DNA of 62,238 nucleotides, filler included, from Platydemus manokwari (lineage: Eukaryota): assembly GCA_037951405.1 (NCBI GenBank). It is 5 parts of 5 records of this genome, joined end to end, with 100 filler letters (N's around TTAATTAATTAA, not from the genome) between each part and the next. Parts side by side here need not be neighbours in the genome. Positions count along the whole stretch, not along the records: positions 53,176 to 62,238 come from JBBMOY011305095.1; 4 more parts are not named here. One strand, given 5' to 3'. The notes under the pieces are model-generated. The model saw nothing but the letters and a program-made list of their open reading frames with translations, ran no database searches and was not told where the DNA came from. Positions 53,251 through 62,238 of this stretch are shown here, one piece after another. The position numbers were made by a program, and so were the translations under genes. The stretch's first letter is position 1. Each line of letters begins with the position of its first letter.

Positions 53251-56200
53251 ATCAAGACTATGTTCACTGTTCGAATGTTATTAAATTTATTAAATCATTA
53301 TTTGTACTTCTATTTCCAGATATATTATTTGTCGAAGTAGCATAATGAGATTGATTATATTCATCACTCATTATCATCAAGGCAATTAATAGTTCACGGT
53401 ACTTGTTTTTTTAATCAATTTTCGATGTGCGAATAACAGCATGTTGCTTTAAGAACACAGAATAATATATATCAAATTAACGAATATCAGAAATGTCTGA
53501 AAAATGCTTTCAATTCGATAAGAATTACAGATGAGGAAAGAGCAGTGTTCAATTTGTGTGAATTTGCGATAAGAGTACTCCGATCGTTTCCATTGAAAGA
53601 ATTAATGGGTTTCTTAATGAGATTTTTCTTATAAAAATAAATCTACAAAAATAAACCATTAAATTTAATCTTAATGGCCATTAATGATTGCTCCATTATT
53701 TCAAGATCTTTATTCTTATTTTCAAAGTGTAAAACCAATCCAAAATTCAACATTGAGAAGCAATTGACATGTTTTTTCCCGATAACCAGATTCGAAATAT
53801 TTCATTTTTCAATTTTATGTCAATAATGTAACCTTTGATTACAGATAAAAAAAACATCAAAAGGCACGGAAGAATCAAAAATCCAAAGCACAATATAAAC
53901 TACTTACAAATATTCATATTTATTACATAAAATTAAAAATAATTTATTATGTTTTTTTATTTTTTTTTATTTTATGATACATGTTCTATTATTCATTACA
54001 ATTTTAAAAAGAGTTTTTGCGGTGTTGAAAAGCAAAAGAGAAAAACCACAATATTACGCATATTTTTTGTTTGGAGATTATATTTTTCAGACAGTATCGT
54101 TGGGTCTAGCTGATGTAAAGCACAGCAATACTGGTAATCTCCAGAAGATGAATTATTTGATCGCTAACTTCACTGATTGTCACACTGTACAAGCGTTTTG
54201 TGTAAATTTAATTGACAAAAGGGCGAGCACTTACATAAATTCCTCAATAAAAGTCGAATCAAGTCCGGATACAAAATTGAAAATGTTGACTGAGTATCTG
54301 CTACTAGCCTTACAGCGTAAATACAATTGCGGTACTAACAAAATCACAGCGTTCGTAAAAACTTCTATTCTTTGCACTTTAAATATTCAACCTTTACCGA
54401 TATTCGAAATAATTATTCTCGAATACCCCAAAAATATTGAATAATACAGAATGGAATTACATGTCTTATTAGAATTTTTTTTCCGAAATGACTTCTCTTG
54501 ATTTTTCTCAAAAATTCTTGATCAGTAATTTCTTCTTTTTGTTCAAATCAGCAATCATACTATCTTCTGATCATAAAATCATACGAAATGACAATCTTAA
54601 TCGGATCGCCTGCGTATTTATACCTTACTCACGGCAATGTGCGGTAAATCAATCAATTTTAATTCTGTATGTCGGATTGTTTTCCTATCCATAAATCGAT
54701 CGAATGGCTTTCACCGATTTCTTCAAATTTTGTGACAATTTCTTAATGGTCTAAATCTGGTCAAACATCAGAGCAATGACTAGTTGTAATTAAACATTAT
54801 TTAATTTTATTTTCTAGTATTTTATTTTTATTTATATTTTCATTTACTGGGCTCTTCAATATTATAAACCAGATAATGTTTCAAATTGTGAGATATCCTT
54901 CTTTATAACTCACAGAAGAAGATGAATTTTCTATTTCTAATTCATCTTGAAAATTCACCAAGATTGCTCAACATCTCCAAATAATACGTTTTTGAGTATT
55001 TTGTGAGAAAACTAACTGAATTGACCTGCTATTTATTCTAATTCAGAATTTATAATAATCCAGAATAAGGGTATTTTCAAATTCTTATTTAGTTTTTATT
55101 CAGCTAAATTAAGTTACTTAATTTATCACTTAATATTTTCTCATGAGATTTTTAACACATTTCCTTAGTTTTAAAAATTCTTGTTATTATTTAAAAGCGT
55201 GATACCATATTCGTAAAGGTTAATGTTATTAATTTTTAGAGGTAAATTGTATTTCCATTTTAACGGTTAGTTAACTTTATATTTTTATATTATTTTATAT
55301 AAACTTTTTAATAGATTCGTGTACATTTCTGAGACTACATTGAACTACACAGCTAAGGTCAATCAGGTTGACGAGCCAAAAATAGTAATAAAAATAGGAT
55401 AATAGAAGAATTGTATTAAAAATAAATTAATAAAAGTTGATCTAAATATTAATAAATCAGAATATAAATAAATAAAATGAAATAAATAAATGAAAGAGTT
55501 TGTTTAAATAAATTTAAGTTATTTTAAGTAAATAATTTATGAGAATGAAAATTCAATGTCAAAATATTGACCTAACATTTTAAATGTGCCAAACCAATGT
55601 GTTTTAGGCTTACTACACAATCGTACCAGTAAAACTGATGTAAAAGTGATGACTTTTACAAGTGATGACATGATGTAAAAGTGAAGATTACCAGTTAAAA
55701 AATGTATCAGAATATTATTAGCCAGAAGTTGATTCTTTCATTTTTTACTTCTCGTGAGGAAATTCGACACACTTTTTGCATAAACAAAGCTTTTATAAAG
55801 GACTTGACCCTACAGTCCTTTATTTGTCATTTTTTTAATTAAAGGATTAACTATTGTGATAATCTCAGCTTACATTGTGATATGAATACAATGTATTGCA
55901 TTTTTGGAGTCATATTGATAAGCACGTTTTTGCAACAAGATAAATCAATAATCTCTCAAACATTTCGTCAATTAATCGATTAGACAATTACATTCAAAAC
56001 ATGACTGATTCATTCGATTATAAAACTTACCTGATGCTGCATTTTGGATAATCAAATCCTTACAGTGATGATCTTGACACAAGATATGATGTAGAGATCA
56101 TTTATACTGTTTGATTATCCAATTTACAGGGGCAGTGGATAATTATTTGTTGATTGGTCATTGGATGGATTAGATATAAATATTGAATAACCTTTTATTT

Positions 56201-59200
56201 TGATTCTCTCGAAACTCAGAGCTGGCACGACTGCAAGATCAATCAAGGAAGATACCACTTTAGAAGACACATAAAACTTTATTAAAGTCGAGGTGAGAGG
56301 ATTTCCCACCGCCTCGTAAAGACCAATTTTATGCTAAATAAATGTATAAAATATGTATTGAAAATAAAAAAGCAAGAAAGTAAAATTCATTGTCCACACA
56401 ATAAGCTAATCTAGTGATTATTTCAACTTCCAAGCACAATGAAATGCTAACAATGAATTGATAAAAAATGGAAAAATCGAAATGAAAATACGCAAAACAG
56501 CAAAATGGTGTGGTATTTTCTCAAAAAGCAGTCACTAATGAGAGATGAGGAAGCGAGGATTAATTGTATACGTGTATCGATTTACACTTAATAAAATTCG
56601 ATTGATCATAATTTTTAATATTTTATTTCGTTAATTTCCATCGGTTAATTTGCAGTAATCATCTTATTTATCACCCGAATCTCGAGGATTTACTGGCCGA
56701 ATTATATGGTTATTACACCAGATTATTATAAAGAACATGCTACAGTTATACTGTAATGTGATGAATGCTTAGTTATGGATTTAGGTGGTCTGACTACTTG
56801 AATGAAATCAAGATATTAATCAATATTATTCCTTCTTAATAATTCTATTAGTAATATTTTCTTGTGATTAGGTTCAGGTACTGGTTTTATATCATCGTGC
56901 CTTTCATTTTATCGAACACTTGGGATCCTCATTTCCAAAATTCCAATAAATTCACCTACATAGAATTATTGATTAGGGAATTAATCAATCAGGGAATTAT
57001 AGTTATATAATCTTCCCACCAGAAAAATGGAAACTATAGAGAAAAGAAAAAGAAAATATTGTTCTATCAAGTAACGCACGTAAAGTAAAAATTACCATAT
57101 AGTTTTTCGATAAATTGTAAAGCATCTTGCTGGTGTCATCATAATTTCCATCAGTTTCTTGGGCTTCCCCAACTACCACTTGACTAAATTTTAATCTTAT
57201 TACACTACTAACTGCTTCCGAACTATTAGGTCCCAACTATCGGCAATAATTATCCGGAGCCTTGCAGCTCTCAGAACAAGGGACTTATAAAATCACATCA
57301 CATGACATTAACATCTAATCAATAATAAAAAATAAAATTTCCATGGTTATTTGTTACATCACTAATAAATCATTGTAAATCATTTTATTCGTAATTGTAA
57401 TCTTAATTATGATTTAGAACGATTATATATTTTTTATTTATATTTATATATTTTCGTCATTTTTAACTGAGCCTTCAAAGTCAGCTATAAAAGACCTTCT
57501 GAAGTTTGGACCTAATCAAAATCAAACAATATTTTCACTTTTTCTGTTTTACATCTTCTTTACCAACTTCGCTATTACATTTCTTCTGTCCTTCCATGCC
57601 AAAAACGTTCTCAGAATAGAATAAATTAAATTGTCTTTTACTAACAATTATTAAAACAAAGAAAATAAAAGAAAAGAAGCACTTTCAATAACTCATCTCT
57701 GCAAATCATTTAAGTAGATTGATAAATAAGTCAACTGTATTTAAGGTCCGTCTAATTAATCTATCATCTTTAGCTATAAAACACCTGTTTTTATGTGTTC
57801 AAGGCATAGTGAAATCAATCACTTTATTTGTGGCCCAACAAATTATTTCAATTTGATAAAATGATATGATGCAAAAAGATTTTCGATAACTTCAGGAAGT
57901 TGACTTATCATGGAGAACCAAACTAATATAATTCTCGCTTTAAACCACTGCAATTATAGTGGAACATTTCTGTAATGGATTTTACTGCAGCCTGTAAAAT
58001 AAAATGATTTATAATTACAAGACTTCTTCAGTCTCTGCAGAAATTTTTCTGATTGGGGGAGAGTATCCACCTTGCAAAAATCATACTTTGTATTAATTTC
58101 ATCTGCTGGAAACGGTTTATAAAAGAAATAATAAAGTAGATCCGTAAGTTCTTCCCAATTTACTGAATTACAAAATGAAGAATTGCCATTTATATCAGGA
58201 ATAAAACATAAAAATAAATTATGAAACATAATATAGAAACGAAGGAGCGTAAAAGTAAAGTTTTGTAGGTGATAAAGAAATAAAATAATATATTATTATA
58301 AAATTCGGTGAAGTTAAAAAAATGAAACTGATTTGAGGAGAAATGAGCGAATTTTAAATTATTGTGAACAGGTTTTGGATTTTTGAATTTCGCATTAAAC
58401 GGCCTTGGTTCAAAAGTGGAAATTTATTAGTTGATCCCTTATCATTTTCATACCGTCTTTATACCAGCTTTTTAATCATTTAAATAAATCTACTAGGTAC
58501 TCATTGGACCAAGAAGTAAAATTATTTTCGAAAAGACTGGCCATCACTTAAATTCTAATTCTATCAAATATATAATTAAATTTACTCCATCAAAAATATT
58601 TAATTTCTTTATACATAACCAAATGAAAACATGAACTAAGTGATGGCAATAAAGATAAAAGCAAAACATGACATGACATGGAATTTCTTTGAGATAAAAG
58701 ATTTCTCTTATTCCTCAGTCAAACTGAAAAAAACATTGGGATATTAATTCAATACAATTTTATATTCTCTAATACTGTGGAGTCATTGTAGAGAGAATAT
58801 CCAAAACACATCGATCTGGTCTCTTCAATAGTGTTACTATTAATAATAATCGATAGATATTATATATAATTTTTGCAGTTTTGCTGATCATTAATTTCGA
58901 ATTATTATCTTCACGTAAATTGCGAAAATGAGAAATTTCAGGCCAAACAGTTCAGCATTTTTTCGCAGTAGGTAATATCAATTATAGAATTAAAACGATC
59001 TTAATTACCATATAAATTGGTTCATTTTTAAAAAGCGGCAAAATGTTCGATTCGATTATCGTCATTTGTCATTGGAATTAATCCCATCATTCCACACATT
59101 TATATTTGCAGACTTTTTTGCTCCATTCTTCACAACAAAAAACCGAGCTTTGTCAGAATCGTTTTATTTCATGTTTCTCTATTTTGTCGACAAATAATTG

Positions 59201-59862
59201 ATTGTCTCAAACCAATCGGTAGTCGATGGGAGTAGACTTTCATGACTGACCAATCCAATGTGGAAAATCGAAGAAAAGTAGTTGATGACAAAAAATTAAA
59301 ACACGAATTATGAGAGGATAATTTTCTGTTTTTTTAAATGGGAAAATGAATAAAATATTGATTGATTTGTAATAAACGAGCTTTGTGATTCTGTTAAAAA
59401 TTAATGTTATACAGAAACTATGTATGGTTATAGAAACTATATGTAGAGAATTATTTTTTTCCCCAAAGCGATGGATTCGAATTCAAAAATAACGGGTCAA
59501 AGCGGTTTCTAGTATCAATGAATAGAAGATGCCACAAAACTATTATATACCTTGGGATTTATAAATCGACGTCTCTAAATCTAAAATAAAACACAATATA
59601 ATTTATACTCACATATTTATACTCATTGATATGAATTATTATTCACTGATTAATGTACTTTATTTCTTATTGAGCATTATTACAATATGGCGGAAACAGA
59701 TGGTGATATTAAATTTTCGCTTGCCACCATAATTACTATTGTTACTACCAAAATCAACAAGACTTATTTAAATCGAAAATGTCATTGATTCATAATTAGG
59801 ACATTTAACTATGAAATTAAAAGTTAATTAAAATAATCGATAAATAACACTAATTAATACAA

Positions 59863-60438
59863 TTACCGTCCGTATATAGAACTTCGACGGAATCCTCCAC
59901 AGGCCCGTCTCCTACTTGAACTACCCGTTTGAAGATAAACTGCTCCAAAACAAACTTGACGACCACAAATAATTGCAGTAGTGATTGCAACACTACATTC
60001 CAGAAACCCAACAATGAATAGTAAAGTATGAAGAACAATAAGGTGCATTTTTGTTGACTGTGAATGTTTTACGCCATCTTGAACCAGACCTGCTGTGGAA
60101 ATCGAGGCAAGGACTGCACTAGTGACAGAAGTCATAACACATAATACGAGAAGAGAAATCAAAGTGCATGGAGAACGATGACGACTGGTAGCTATACCCA
60201 AACAGCCTGCAGCAAGCATCAATGATCCAGCCCACATACCAGTGCCAATTTGATGTAAATAACCCTCTTTAGTTAGTGCTACTCCGAATAAGATGATGGC
60301 AGCACTTCCACAGAGAAGTTGAATGAGGCTTAGAATGAGCAAGTTTTCTGAATCAAGCCGGCGTGGCAAATGTGGACAGCAAACGCAGAGCTTGCGACTG
60401 TCTGATATAGGAAGACAGGCAGATTGCTGTGGAGTCAT
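59863..60438 (-). CDS. MS4A/CD20-like (sarcospan-like) four-transmembrane protein; main coding exon
   Basis: Four hydrophobic segments: LILSLIQLLCG, GTGMWAGSLMLAAGCLGI, then the LVLCVMTS and LECSVAITTAIICGR patterns of the CD20-like family. The ATG is directly preceded by the acceptor-like tttaacAG. A GTAATT donor at 59866 overlaps the stop, so more exons may follow. Confidence 0.8.
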   Translation of the reverse strand: MTPQQSACLPISDSRKLCVCCPHLPRRLDSENLLILSLIQLLCGSAAIILFGVALTKEGYLHQIGTGMWAGSLMLAAGCLGIATSRHRSPCTLISLLVLCVMTSVTSAVLASISTAGLVQDGVKHSQSTKMHLIVLHTLLFIVGFLECSVAITTAIICGRQVCFGAVYLQTGSSSRRRACGGFRRSSIYGR

Positions 60439-62238
60439 CTGTTAAAGACATTGCATTTATTTAAAGAAATTACACAATAATTAAAACAAAATACTGATAG
60501 AAATTGTCTAGACATATTAGCAAAACAATTTCATAGATGAAATTATAGCTTAAAATAAATTCTTCTATTTAACATACATCTAATTAGCTTTTCTTAGAAA
60601 CTAGATAAAGTAGTAAAACATTAATTATCAAAGTATTCACAAAACATATTGTAGAATTTTATCATTTTATCATTATCTATATACTTATACCTAGTTCTTA
60701 TTATATCGTACTTGCATCTTATTATTGTCAGTATTTTTAAAAAATATTAAAGCCAAATCTCTTAAAAGGAAATAATTGTAAACACATTACATTTTTCATT
60801 CCAATATGATCATGCCGCTATTTAATGGTATTAGCGGACTACATAATAATTACGTGTATACAAATTTATAAAGTAGAACTATACTTTGGTCTAGTTATCT
60901 GTGGACATTCACAGAGAACTAACGAGCATGACAGATATTGATATGGTAACCGATTAAATTCTCCAATCATATAATAACGACTATAATTACCAACAATTTA
61001 TTATCGAAACAAAATCGCTTTTCTTACAAGAATCAATTGAAAATAAAGGCGTTTTAATACTAAAAATAAAGTGATTAAATCAATGATAATTCCAACCGAC
61101 AGTCCACTGAAAAGTCAACTTTTGCAGTCTTTTTATTCATCAGTATCGAAGGGGTTTCTAATTCACTATTAGTTAATTCACTTATTAGTGGATTCGAAAC
61201 CCAGGTCATTTTACACGAACATTTGCAAATACAAAAATTTATTTTAAAAGACAATTCTTGCCCATGAGAGCTCTTCACACCTTCTGTTTCTTCTTTGATC
61301 CTATTTTTGTGTTATTCATCGTTGTCGTCATGAATTTCATGAGATTCATTAGGATAGCCCAGTAACATAAAAGCTTTCTCGAATCGATTGTCGGTCCCTT
61401 CCGAGTCACTTGGCCATTCATATTTACCGGCTGTGAGCACTTGTTGTGTTTGCATTTTGGTTCTCTATCAGCATTTATCTCTCAAACAAATTACATGATA
61501 TACACATACATTTGTAATAAATCTTTACATACGTGATTGACCTATATTAATAACATATTAGTAATATATTAATAACTACTGGTAAAATTAAAAAGAAAAC
61601 AATTCAAAAACAATTACCATACATTCGTTTCAGCGTCATTAATGAAAGTTGAAATAAAACTCCACTAAGTCAATAGTAAAGTTATTTCAGCTTCTTTAAC
61701 GTCATATAAGAATTATAAAAAATTTGGAACCAATTTTAACCCATAATAAATTTTAAAGGAATGTCTTTTATTCTTTTTCTTTGACCAAAAACTTTAATAA
61801 TCTTTAAAGTTAATATTAAAAAATTTTCTAGACGTTTTCTAGACCAACATTAACAGAAGAATTTCAGAGTTTTAGACAAAATCACTTTCTCTGATTCTGG
61901 AATTGAGGCATATCTTCCTTATTATCTTGATTATGATGTATATAAATAGACATATTTAAGGGTTTTTTTAAAAAATTTCAACTCAAAACATTTAAAAATC
62001 AATAGATTGGCCAGTAATCTAAAAATCGTAAAGAAGCACTTGCACAAGAAATCCTAAAAAAGCTTGATAACATCTAGCATGCATATATAGCATTCAAAAA
62101 TAAAAACTTGTAATTCACAATATACTTCAAATAAGAACTTTCATTACTTTTATATTCAACAAACTTTCACAACACAAAAAACATAATAAAACCATACTGA
62201 AAAAAAAAATTTAAAATAAATATTAACTATTATACATC

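Noticed and set aside
53974-54444. 156-aa plus-strand ORF
   Set aside because: No recognisable domain or gene signals. It may be the antisense shadow of a decayed element.

Overview
Very AT-rich eukaryotic (animal) genomic DNA with 44-57 nt GT-AG introns and many decayed transposons. This is most consistent with a triclad flatworm (planarian) draft assembly; the taxon is an inference. The window is not one continuous molecule: four identical 100-bp spacers (44 N + TTAATTAATTAA + 44 N) join five contigs, and there are two further N gaps. Genes supported by manual translation and splicing: 5' exons of an STPG1/MAPO2-like gene (-), an intronless SVOP-like MFS transporter (+), a complete 7-exon L-asparaginase-ankyrin gene (ASPG-like, -), a 3-exon 75-aa single-LIM gene (+), two orphan signal-peptide genes (+; one His/Gly/Lys-rich peptide, one acidic protein) and an MS4A/CD20-like tetraspan exon (-). 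Mobile DNA: foldback/MITE inverted repeats, an internally deleted Buster-type hAT, mariner and hAT termini at contig ends, and two fragments of RLE-type (R2/NeSL-like) non-LTR retrotransposons. The most interesting candidate is the pair of oppositely charged secreted orphan genes at 46.3-52.1 kb, which share a 14-bp upstream E-box motif and homologous 3' flanks. I saw no rRNA, tRNA or CRISPR, and no clearly novel multi-gene system can be established from sequence alone.
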